Counted from the stretch's first letter, positions 9,113 to 16,744 are shown. The stretch is 64,000 bases of DNA from an uncultured Clostridia bacterium (GCA_947627575.1 CANQWN010000003.1:45959-109958); one strand, 5' to 3'. Notes: generated by a model not told the origin, from the letters alone. Program-made: numbers and translations.

Positions 9113-9319
9113 CTAAAATTTGAAAAATTCTGGTAGTGAAACGTTTAACGCATTCACTATTTTTTCCAATGTAGCAACAGAAATATTGCGCTTGCCTACT
9201 TCAAGACTTGCGATATAAGTTCTGTGAACGCCAGAACGAAAACCCAATTCTTCTTGACTGATGCCGAGAATATTGCGTAGCTCTTTTATTCTTTTCCCAA
9301 CTTTTTCTTCAATCGTCAT
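9113..9319 (-). CDS. XRE-family HTH protein, controller (C) protein-like, immediately upstream of the endonuclease gene
   Basis: Starts at MTIEEKVGKRIKELRNILGISQEELGFRSGVHRTYIASLEVGKRNISVATLEKIV, preceded by AGGGG. Its stop is 8 nt before the REase ATG. Confidence 0.75.
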   Translation of the reverse strand: MTIEEKVGKRIKELRNILGISQEELGFRSGVHRTYIASLEVGKRNISVATLEKIVNALNVSLPEFFKF

Positions 9320-9344
9320 ACATTTGCCCCTATTTAACAACATT

Positions 9345-9373
9345 AGTATAAAAATATGTTACTCATTTATCAA
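9345..9373 (-). promoter_or_regulatory. candidate promoter of the C-R operon
   Basis: The minus strand reads TTGATA, a 17-nt spacer, then TATACT, about 25 nt upstream of the C-gene ATG. Confidence 0.45.
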
Positions 9374-9388
9374 CACTCGATAAGTAAC
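9358..9388. promoter_or_regulatory. candidate C-box-like operator (imperfect inverted repeat overlapping the -35)
   Basis: GTTACT(cat)TTATC-N7-GATAAGTAAC. The arms are reverse complements apart from a 3-nt insertion. Confidence 0.3.
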
Positions 9389-9418
9389 AATTCAACATTA
9401 ATAAAATTCAAAATGGCA

Positions 9419-9474
9419 TTTGGGCGTGAGCTTGTCCGCGCGGCTAACGCCGCGCGGACAAGCTCACGCCCAAA
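9419..9474. repeat. perfect 26-bp-stem GC-rich palindrome at the right composition boundary of the islet
   Basis: TTTGGGCGTGAGCTTGTCCGCGCGGC-TAAC-GCCGCGCGGACAAGCTCACGCCCAAA. I checked the arms base by base. There is no adjacent U-tract on either strand. Confidence 0.8.
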
Positions 9475-9577
9475 AGAAAATAAATCGGTTAAAAAAAACA
9501 ATTTGAACGCCGTGCGGGAAGGGCGTTCGCCGCTAACCCGCTTGGCGAATAGCTGAGTTATTTTGTTACAAATTTTA

Positions 9578-9607
9578 CAAAAAAGCGTAGCTTAAGCTAT
9601 GCTTTTT
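9578..9607. terminator. bidirectional rho-independent terminator-like hairpin with no obvious gene to terminate
   Basis: A6-GCGTAGC-TTAA-GCTATGC-T6. Confidence 0.5.
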
Positions 9608-9740
9608 TGCAGTTAATGCAGGGGGTTACAAGCCTTTAAAAAGCAGCGCCATCGGCAAGGTGCCCTTGCAACGCTCCCGCGCGAACCTGTTTTTTATGGC
9701 AGAATAACAAAAACAAGAAGTGCAATTTTTGCCGCACCTT

Positions 9741-9792
9741 TTGTGGTGAACAGACAGGTTAGAAAGCCTGACCTCATTATCAAACTAACAGG
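9741..9792 (+). repeat. right copy of the imperfect direct repeat bracketing the islet
   Basis: TTGTGGTGA-N6-AGGTTAGAAAGCCTGACCT. It keeps the stem-loop AGGTTAG/CTGACCT (with one G-U pair) that corresponds to the left-copy hairpin. Confidence 0.55.
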
Positions 9793-9844
9793 GCTTCCGA
9801 AAGAGATTGCGTAGCAAGATTTTTCGGAAAAAGGAGCGGCAAGC

Positions 9845-9880
9845 GGCAAAATGATAGCGGCCACCCAAATGGGTGGCCGC
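9845..9880 (-). terminator. terminator of the tRNA operon
   Basis: 10-bp stem GCGGCCACCC-AAAT-GGGTGGCCGC, 26 nt past the tRNA-Glu 3' end. On the minus strand it is followed by TATCATTTTG. Confidence 0.6.
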
Positions 9881-9905
9881 TTCAAAACGCCGCTTAACCG
9901 CGACG

Positions 9906-9980
9906 TGGTGACCCCTACGGGACTCGAACCCATGATACCACCGTGAAAGGGTGGTGTCTTAACCGCTTGACCAAGGGGCC
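9906..9980 (-). tRNA. tRNA-Glu (anticodon UUC), CCA encoded
   Basis: The minus strand reads GGCCCCTTGGTCAAGCGGTTAAGACACCACCCTTTCACGGTGGTATCATGGGTTCGAGTCCCGTAGGGGTCACCA. It folds as a cloverleaf with anticodon loop CTTTCAC. Confidence 0.9.
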
Positions 9981-10010
9981 TTATGAACCGCGGACGCGGC
10001 TGTTTTTGTG

Positions 10011-10088
10011 TGGTAGCGACGGGTGGATTCGAACCGCCGACCTGCCGGGTATGAACCGGCCGCTATAGACCGACTAAGCTACGTCGCC
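10011..10088 (-). tRNA. tRNA with CAU anticodon (elongator Met, or Ile2 if lysidine-modified), CCA encoded
   Basis: GGCGACGTAGCTTAGTCGGTCTATAGCGGCCGGTTCATACCCGGCAGGTCGGCGGTTCGAATCCACCCGTCGCTACCA. As I read it, the T-stem has a C-A mismatch and positions 1-72 form a G-U pair. Confidence 0.78.
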
Positions 10089-10113
10089 ATATATCCACCC
10101 GTAAGGGTGGAAG

Positions 10114-10191
<78 letters not shown>

Positions 10192-10217
10192 ATATTTCCT
10201 TTTATCAAGGCTATATT

Positions 10218-10246
10218 ATTCTATTAGATAAATTGATATTTGTCAA
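10218..10246 (-). promoter_or_regulatory. promoter of the tRNA operon
   Basis: The minus strand reads TTGACA, a 17-nt spacer, then TAGAAT, about 27 nt upstream of the tRNA-fMet 5' end. Confidence 0.55.
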
Positions 10247-10332
10247 CTGTTTTTGCGCCTTTAAAAAATTTATTTTAGTTGCCGCCCGCAGGGTAAATTC
10301 CGCCTTAAAACAATAAAAGACGTTATATTTTC

Positions 10333-10361
10333 TTGATATGCCGCGCAAAAAGTGTTAAAAT
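10333..10361 (+). promoter_or_regulatory. candidate tilS promoter
   Basis: TTGATA, a 17-nt spacer, then TAAAAT. The -10 box ends 6 nt before the first in-frame ATG (10368). Confidence 0.4.
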
Positions 10362-10367
10362 ACTGCT

Positions 10368-11666
10368 ATGGAATTGTTTTCGGATTACCGCGGTATGAAA
10401 ATATGCGTAGCCGTGTCCGGCGGGAAGGACAGCATGGCGCTTTTGCATCTTCTGAAAAGCCATGCGCAGGAATACGGGATAACGCTTTCCGCATTGAATT
10501 GCGAACACGGTTTACGCGGAAGCGCGTCCTTGCGCGACAGCGCGTTCGTGGCGCAATATTGCAGGGCTAACGACATTCCGCTTAAAACATTTTCCGCCGA
10601 TTGCGCGCTTATTGCGAAGCAGACGGGCGCAAGCGTGGAGGAGGCGGCGCGTACGTTCCGCTACGGCTGTTATCTGAAAGCGTTTGACGAAATCACCGAA
10701 GATTGCGCCGTGGCGACGGCGCACCACAAGGACGACAATGCGGAAACCGTGCTTTTCAATCTTGCGCGCGGTTCGGCTGTGGGCGGGCTTTGCGGCATAC
10801 GCGACGGGTTTTACGGCAATCTGCGCATTATCCGTCCGCTTATAAATTTCACCCGCGCCGATATAGACAAATACATTGCGGAAAACCGCGTGCCCTTCGT
10901 AGAGGACGAAAGCAATTTCGGCGACGATTATACCCGCAACCGCATACGTCACACCGTTTTGCCCGCATTGGAAAGCGCCGTGCCGGGCGCGGCGGACGGG
11001 ATATTCCGTCTTTCGCGGCTTGCCGCCGAGGACGAAAATTATTTTGCGGAACTTATACAAGGCGGCGGGTTTATAACCGATTATCGCGGCATAGCCGTGT
11101 TTTTGCGCGTCTGCGATAAATTCCCCGTATTCGGCAGGGCGGCAGTGCGCGTAATCCGCGGTTTCGGCAAAAAGGACTACACCGAAAGCCACGTGCGCGC
11201 CCTGTACGCACTGCAAAGCGCGCCCCGCGGCAACAAGTATCGCTTTCTCGGTCTCACCGTCTGCAACGACGGCGAAAGGCTGGTTTTTACAGACAATCGC
11301 CTGCCCGAACCCGCTCCCGTGCGTTATAACGACTATGCGGGCGGAGCATACGGCGGTATGCCGCTTGAATTTACTCAAAGCAAGGCGGCGCCCGCGCGCG
11401 GGCTGTATTTCGACGCCGATAAAATTCCGCAGTCCGCGGTTATAAGGTTCCGCCGGGACGGCGACAGATTTAAAAAATTCGGCGGCGGCGAGAAGAGTTT
11501 GGGCGATTTTTTCACCGACAGAAAAATACCGCCGTGGCAGAGAAATTTTATTCCGCTGATTGCCGACGGCGCGCGCGTTCTCGCCGTATGCGGAGTGGAA
11601 ATTTCGGATGAAGTGAAGGCGGACGCGACTACCGTAAATTATACGTGGATAAACTGTACGTTGTAA
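10368..11666 (+). CDS. tilS: tRNA(Ile)-lysidine synthetase
   Basis: 432 aa. Carries the PP-loop motif KICVAVSGGKDSMALLHLL and the C-terminal TilS domain GGEKSLGDFFTDRKIPPWQR. The start is ambiguous between 10368 and 10395 (MKICVAV). Confidence 0.9.
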   Translation: MELFSDYRGMKICVAVSGGKDSMALLHLLKSHAQEYGITLSALNCEHGLRGSASLRDSAFVAQYCRANDIPLKTFSADCALIAKQTGASVEEAARTFRYGCYLKAFDEITEDCAVATAHHKDDNAETVLFNLARGSAVGGLCGIRDGFYGNLRIIRPLINFTRADIDKYIAENRVPFVEDESNFGDDYTRNRIRHTVLPALESAVPGAADGIFRLSRLAAEDENYFAELIQGGGFITDYRGIAVFLRVCDKFPVFGRAAVRVIRGFGKKDYTESHVRALYALQSAPRGNKYRFLGLTVCNDGERLVFTDNRLPEPAPVRYNDYAGGAYGGMPLEFTQSKAAPARGLYFDADKIPQSAVIRFRRDGDRFKKFGGGEKSLGDFFTDRKIPPWQRNFIPLIADGARVLAVCGVEISDEVKADATTVNYTWINCTL

Positions 11667-11711
11667 AAGGTGCGGCAATATGCCGCAAATAAATATTTGA
11701 GAGGTAAAAAA

Positions 11712-12053
11712 ATGCCTTACATCGATCTTAAAATAAGCAAAAAGTTGGACGAAAGCCAAAAGGAGAAAATCAAAAGCGATTTGGGCGGGGCGATAAGCGT
11801 TTTGCATAAACCCGAAAGCTACCTTATGGTGGGGATAGACGACGGTTACGCCCTGTATTTCGCAGGAAGCAAAGTTTCGGACGGGGCGTACGTTTCCGTA
11901 AGTCTGTTCGGAAGCGCTTCTTCCGCGGACTACGAAAAAATGACGGGCGAAATCTGTAAGATTCTTTCCGCCCGTGCGGGACTTCAACCCCGCAACATAT
12001 ACGTCACCTACCGCGGCGTAAACGATTGGGGTTGGAACGGTTCAAACTTCTGA
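11712..12053 (+). CDS. MIF/tautomerase-superfamily protein (Pro1 after Met)
   Basis: Starts at MPYIDLKIS, preceded by GAGAGG. The HKPESYLMV...SLFGS...RNIYVTYRGVNDWGWNGSNF layout matches MIF/phenylpyruvate tautomerase. Confidence 0.65.
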   Translation: MPYIDLKISKKLDESQKEKIKSDLGGAISVLHKPESYLMVGIDDGYALYFAGSKVSDGAYVSVSLFGSASSADYEKMTGEICKILSARAGLQPRNIYVTYRGVNDWGWNGSNF

Positions 12054-12123
12054 TTTGAAATGTAAATAGCGATACGCGCATAAAAAACGTCTTTTAGCCT
12101 AAAATATGGTTAAGAGGTGTTTT

Positions 12124-12375
12124 ATGGTAATTGCAAATATCATATCTTACGTACTCGTGCTTTTGGGCGCCGTCAATTGGGGGCTGTACGGGATATTCAA
12201 CTTCAATCTTGTAAGCTGGGTATTTCAGGGTCCCCGTTCGATAGGTTCCATTATCGTCTACGTAATAATTACTCTTGCGGCAATCTGGCTTATCATTTCG
12301 CCCATCATTTCCGGACACGGATTGAGGTTGAGGATACGCGAGGACAGAATGCAGGAAGAGCATCAGGCTCAATAA
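12124..12375 (+). CDS. DUF378-family small membrane protein
   Basis: Starts at MVIANIISYVLVLLGAVNWGLYGIFNFNLVSWVF (the conserved GAxNWGLxG...F.LV block), preceded by AAGAGG. Confidence 0.7.
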   Translation: MVIANIISYVLVLLGAVNWGLYGIFNFNLVSWVFQGPRSIGSIIVYVIITLAAIWLIISPIISGHGLRLRIREDRMQEEHQAQ

Positions 12376-12382
12376 CCCCTTT

Positions 12383-12422
12383 ACGCGCGCATTTTTAATA
12401 AAATGCGCGCGTAATTTTTTTT
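12383..12422 (+). terminator. rho-independent terminator
   Basis: ACGCGCGCATTTT / AAAATGCGCGCGT stem followed by a T8 run. Confidence 0.65.
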
Positions 12423-12480
12423 GCCTCCGCTTTCAAGCTGTTGCAAAAAGTCCGCTTTATATGTTAAACTTATAAAGTAT

Positions 12481-14745
12481 ATGAAAAATCACGAACATTT
12501 CACTACATACGAAAAGTGCCTTAAACTTACGGGAAAGGATTTCTGGAATACGGTCCTCATAGACGGCGTATTCGGGATCCGCTTTGCCGACGGCCCGTCG
12601 GGACTGCGCGTGCAGGAAGGGAAGGGGGACCAGTTGGGGCTTAATAAATCCGACGTGGCAACCTGCTTTCCCACGCTTTCTTCGGTTGCGTGCAGTTGGG
12701 ATGTGCGTTTGGCGGCAAAGATAGGCAGGGCGATAGGCGAGGAGGCCTCCGGCTTCAACGTAGACGTGGTGCTTGCGCCCGGGCTTAACATAAAACGCAG
12801 CCCCCTCTGCGGAAGAAATTTTGAATATTTTTCCGAAGATCCCTATCTCACGGGCAAGTTGGGCGCGGCGTGGATAAAGGGCGTAAAAAGCGCAGGAGTG
12901 CAGGCGTGCGTAAAGCATTTTGCCGTAAACAACCGCGAATGGGGCAGGATGGTCTGCGACAGCGTGGTGGACGAGCGCACCCTGCGCGAAATTTATCTAA
13001 CGGGCTTCGAGATAGCCGTTACCGAGGGCGCGCCCGCCGCGGTGATGACGGCGTATAACAAACTCAACGGCGTATATTGCAGTTGCAACGATTTTCTCAT
13101 AGGCAAAATACTCCGCGGCGAATGGGGCTTCGGCGGTATAACGGTTTCCGATTGGGGCGGCGTTACCGATACGGTTGCCCGCGTAAAGGCGGGGCTTGAC
13201 CTTGAAATGCCCCATTGCGCCCTTACGGCGGACGAAATTTATTCCGCCGTTACCGTGGGCGAACTGCCCGAAACTTATCTTGACGATTGCGTGGACAGGC
13301 TTCTGTCGGTTACGTACCGCATAAACCGCGCCAAAGACGCGCTTACCTTTCACGGCGGGCTTGCGGAGGAAGCCGCGGCGCAATGTCAGGTGCTTTTGAA
13401 AAACGACGGCGTTCTTCCTTTCGCGGCAGAGGAAGCTATCGCGGTGATAGGCTATTTGGCAAAGGATACGCCCTTTCAGGGCGGCGGCTCCTCCGCGGTG
13501 AACGCGCAGTTCGATATAAGCCTTCTGTCCGCCCTTTCGGGTTGCAACATTGCGGGATTCGCCCGCGGATATAGCGGAATAAAACCCGCCAAAAGGCTTA
13601 TATCCCGCGCCGTAAAACTTTGCAAAAAGGCGAAAATAGCGGTGGTTGCCCTGGGCGGAAAAGAGAACGAGGGGATGGACAGAAAGGATATATCCCTCCC
13701 GCCGTCGCAGACCGAGCTTTTAAAAAATCTTCGCGGGCAAGGCGTAAAGATCGTGGCAGTTTTGTACGGCGGAAGCGCGTACGAAACGCAGTGGGACGAA
13801 TACGCCGACGCCGTGCTTTACGCTGGGCTGTGCGGGCAGGGCGGCGCGCGCGCCACAGCGGATATACTTACGGGCAAAATAAATCCTTCCGGCAAACTTG
13901 CGGAAACTTTCCCCGTCTCCGCGGAAGATTCACCCTGTTTCGATACCTATAACGAAAGCCCGTATTATTCCCGCTATACCGAACTGTGCGAAGTGGGATA
14001 CAGGCGTTACGCCGTAAGCGGAGGCGCAAAATATCCCTTCGGCTTCGGGCTGTCCTACACAACTTTCGCCTATTCCCATTTGCGCGTGGACGGCAGCGGG
14101 GCAACCTTTGAAGTTACCAATACGGGCGAAAAGTACGGCGGCGAAATCTCGCAGATGTACATAACTTTCCCGCCCGGGGCAAACTGTCCTCCCCTGCAAT
14201 TGAAGGGCTTTGCAAAGGTGTTCCTCGCCCCCGGCGAAAGCGCGCGCATAAGCGTTCCCTTCGATAAATACACATTCAGAAGTTACGATACCTCCCGCGG
14301 GGCGTGGGCGGAAGTTTCCGGCAAATACCTCGTGCGGGTGGGCGGCTGTTCGGCGAATCTTCCGTTGGAAGCGGAAATAATCCGCGCTGGCGACTGCGAA
14401 AGCGTTCCCGCGGCTACCGCGGAGGGGCTTACCCCGTCCGTTCACCCCGTCGAGCGCACCCCGAAAGGCAGGGTGATAGCCACCCCCCTAACGCCGTTTT
14501 GCGAACTTAAAAACGCAAAGGGGTTTACGGGCAGGTTGCTTACCCGCCTCATTTTGCGCGCCGTGCGCGGCAAGCCCGTGCTGTACGGCACTATGGAATA
14601 TCTCCCGCTCCGCGTTATGGCGCAGTTCGCCCGCTTCGGCAAAAACCGCTTCGAGGGCTTTATGCGGCTGTTCAACGGCAGGGTGTTTTCGGGACTGTTC
14701 AAACTTATTCGCGGCGACGGTAAGCGGAAGGAGGATAAACAATGA
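12481..14745 (+). CDS. glycoside hydrolase family 3 (beta-glucosidase-like)
   Basis: Starts at MKNHEHFTTY; the track start at 12421 overlaps the upstream terminator. GH3 blocks are present: GIRFADGPSGLR, NIKRSPLCGRNFEYFSEDPYL, KHFAVNN and GFGGITVSDWG (the nucleophile motif). A C-terminal fibronectin-like region follows. Confidence 0.9.
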   Translation: MKNHEHFTTYEKCLKLTGKDFWNTVLIDGVFGIRFADGPSGLRVQEGKGDQLGLNKSDVATCFPTLSSVACSWDVRLAAKIGRAIGEEASGFNVDVVLAPGLNIKRSPLCGRNFEYFSEDPYLTGKLGAAWIKGVKSAGVQACVKHFAVNNREWGRMVCDSVVDERTLREIYLTGFEIAVTEGAPAAVMTAYNKLNGVYCSCNDFLIGKILRGEWGFGGITVSDWGGVTDTVARVKAGLDLEMPHCALTADEIYSAVTVGELPETYLDDCVDRLLSVTYRINRAKDALTFHGGLAEEAAAQCQVLLKNDGVLPFAAEEAIAVIGYLAKDTPFQGGGSSAVNAQFDISLLSALSGCNIAGFARGYSGIKPAKRLISRAVKLCKKAKIAVVALGGKENEGMDRKDISLPPSQTELLKNLRGQGVKIVAVLYGGSAYETQWDEYADAVLYAGLCGQGGARATADILTGKINPSGKLAETFPVSAEDSPCFDTYNESPYYSRYTELCEVGYRRYAVSGGAKYPFGFGLSYTTFAYSHLRVDGSGATFEVTNTGEKYGGEISQMYITFPPGANCPPLQLKGFAKVFLAPGESARISVPFDKYTFRSYDTSRGAWAEVSGKYLVRVGGCSANLPLEAEIIRAGDCESVPAATAEGLTPSVHPVERTPKGRVIATPLTPFCELKNAKGFTGRLLTRLILRAVRGKPVLYGTMEYLPLRVMAQFARFGKNRFEGFMRLFNGRVFSGLFKLIRGDGKRKEDKQ

Positions 14746-15752
14746 GGGCGGCTATATACGGCGCGGGCGCAATGGGCACCGTGTTGGGCGCGTATATTTC
14801 CCGCGCGGGGTTGCCCGTTCAGCTTGTTTCGAGGAATAAAAACCATGTTGCCGCATTGAATAAATACGGTGCGCGCGTGGTAGGTTGCGCAAACTTTACC
14901 GCGCCCGTGCAGGCGGTTACGCCAGAAGAGATGAGCGGCAAGTACGACCTTATATTTCTTATGACAAAGCAGTGCGACAATCCTTCCGTACTCGCTTTTC
15001 TGAAAGATTTTCTCGCGGAGGACGGCGCCGTATGCACCTTGCAGAACGGACTGCCGGAAATTTCCGTGTGCGAAGCGCTGGGGGCGGAAAGATGCCTCGG
15101 TTGCGCAGTTTCCTGGGGCGCGACGGCTACGGGGGACGGGGTAAGCAGTCTCAATTCTTCGGCGGACAGCCTATCCTTTGCGTTGGGCGCGCCGGAAGGC
15201 GGCGGGGCGCGGCTTGCCGACGCGGAAAAATATCTGTCCGCTATGGGCAAAGTAAAAACAGAAAAAAACTTTTTGGGCGCGCGTTGGGCAAAACTTGCCG
15301 TAAACTGCGCGTTTTCGCCGATTTCCGCCCTTACGGGACTTACTTTCGGCGAAATTTCCCGCGATAAAAATTTAAAAGCCGTCGCCCTCGACCTGATGAA
15401 CGAGGCGTTCGCCGTGGCGCGGGCGTGCGGGGTAAAGCCGGCAAAAATTCAGGGGCACGATATACGCGCCGTCTACGGCTGTAAATCACGCGGGTTAAAG
15501 CGCGCTCTTGCCCTCGCGCTGATGCCCCTTTCGATGAAAAAACACGATAAGTTGGTTTCGGGTATGTACTACGATCTCGCCGCGGGCAGGAAGTGCGAGG
15601 CGGATTTTCTGAACGGGTTGATAGTAAGCCGCGGCGGGCTTAAAGGCGTCCCCGTACCCGTAAACGGGCGCATTTTGGATATGATACACGCCGCGGAACG
15701 CGGGGAATTGCCCGTTTCTCGAAAAAATATTCAAAAAATATGCAAAAAGTAG
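14742..15752 (+). CDS. ketopantoate reductase (ApbA/PanE) family oxidoreductase
   Basis: N-terminal Rossmann motif MRAAIYGAGAMGTVLGAYISRAG. It has the length and C-terminal domain of the PanE family. Its ATGA start overlaps the GH3 stop. Confidence 0.72.
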   Translation: MRAAIYGAGAMGTVLGAYISRAGLPVQLVSRNKNHVAALNKYGARVVGCANFTAPVQAVTPEEMSGKYDLIFLMTKQCDNPSVLAFLKDFLAEDGAVCTLQNGLPEISVCEALGAERCLGCAVSWGATATGDGVSSLNSSADSLSFALGAPEGGGARLADAEKYLSAMGKVKTEKNFLGARWAKLAVNCAFSPISALTGLTFGEISRDKNLKAVALDLMNEAFAVARACGVKPAKIQGHDIRAVYGCKSRGLKRALALALMPLSMKKHDKLVSGMYYDLAAGRKCEADFLNGLIVSRGGLKGVPVPVNGRILDMIHAAERGELPVSRKNIQKICKK

Positions 15753-15811
15753 TCGATACGTATTGATTTTTTCACAATACGGTAGTATAATTATTCAAAT
15801 CAGAGGCGTTT

Positions 15812-16744
15812 ATGCAGGAAATTTTTTATCCCTCCTCCGACGGCGGTACGCTTATACGCGCTTGCGTATGGCGGCCGCAGGGCGAACCGCGCGCAATCTT
15901 TCAGATAGTGCACGGAATGTGCGAGTATTCGGCGAGATACTCGGCTTTTGCGGAAGAACTCGCCGCGCGCGGCTATCTCGTCTGCGCGGAAGACCATCTC
16001 GGGCACGGCAAATCCGTCCGCGACAGCGGTAAGTTGGGCTATTTCGACGGTACCGCAAAACCGGACGCGGTTATTGCCGATATCCACAAACTTCGGCATA
16101 TAATAACCGACGGCGCGCCCGGTTGCCCCTATGTGATAATGGGGCACAGTATGGGTTCTTTTTTGACGAGGATATATCTTTCGCGGTATGGGGACGGCGT
16201 TTCCGCCGCGGTCATCATGGGCACGGGTTTCAAAAGCCCGTCGTTTATGAACATAGCCGTGTTCATTACAAAATTAAACGCCGCTTTCTGCGGTTGGGAA
16301 AACAGAAGCGCGTTCATAAAAAAACTTGCGTTCGGTTCATACAACAAAAAGTTCGGCAAAGGTTGCGATAAAAACGCGTGGCTTTCCGCAGATGAGGACA
16401 ACGTAAAAAAATACAACGCAGACCCCCTTTGCAACTTTTCTTTCACCGATTGCGGCTACGCCGTGTTGTTCCGCGCAATACGTCGGGCGTGCGGCAAAAA
16501 GACGATAAACGCCGTGCCCCGCAATCTGCCGTTGCTTTTCGTCGCGGGAGAGGACGACCCTGTAGGCGATTACGGCAAGGGCGTAAAAAAGGCGGCTGAA
16601 AAATATAAAAAAGCCGGCGCCGCGGCAGAGGTTATTCTCTACGGGGGCGCCCGCCACGAGATACTTAACGATTTTTGCAAAAAGCAGGCGACGGAAGATA
16701 TACTTGCCTTTGCGGATAAACATACGGGAGGAAGCGGCAAGTGA
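15812..16744 (+). CDS. alpha/beta hydrolase (lysophospholipase / monoacylglycerol lipase-like)
   Basis: 310 aa. Carries HGMCEYSARY, the GHSMGS nucleophile elbow and a C-terminal ARHEILND block. Confidence 0.75.
   Translation: MQEIFYPSSDGGTLIRACVWRPQGEPRAIFQIVHGMCEYSARYSAFAEELAARGYLVCAEDHLGHGKSVRDSGKLGYFDGTAKPDAVIADIHKLRHIITDGAPGCPYVIMGHSMGSFLTRIYLSRYGDGVSAAVIMGTGFKSPSFMNIAVFITKLNAAFCGWENRSAFIKKLAFGSYNKKFGKGCDKNAWLSADEDNVKKYNADPLCNFSFTDCGYAVLFRAIRRACGKKTINAVPRNLPLLFVAGEDDPVGDYGKGVKKAAEKYKKAGAAAEVILYGGARHEILNDFCKKQATEDILAFADKHTGGSGK

Larger units (their letters stand above)
5345..9418. other. AT-rich accessory islet (defence cargo: AbiH-like + type II R-M + C protein)
   Basis: By eye, base composition and codon usage switch abruptly from GC-rich flanks to AT-rich sequence at about 5345 and back at about 9418. 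All four ORFs inside are defence-type. No integrase or transposase ORF is visible. Confidence 0.65.

Noticed and set aside
9356-9556. 66-aa ORF through the 26-bp palindrome
   Set aside because: The translation is dictated by the palindrome, and the ORF begins inside the C-gene promoter/operator. No RBS is present.
9620-9860. SRP RNA / 6S / other known ncRNA in the gene-free stretch next to tRNA-Glu
   Set aside because: An AGGTCAGG-like string occurs at about 9768, but the conserved SRP GGAA/AGCA apical motifs are absent. The string is part of the right direct repeat. I cannot exclude a novel ncRNA without a covariance-model search.
10512-11987. 491-aa minus-strand ORF opposite tilS
   Set aside because: This is a shadow frame. 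Its low-complexity Arg/Phe/Val-rich translation spans the tilS/tautomerase intergenic gap with no RBS, while the plus-strand genes have strong family motifs.
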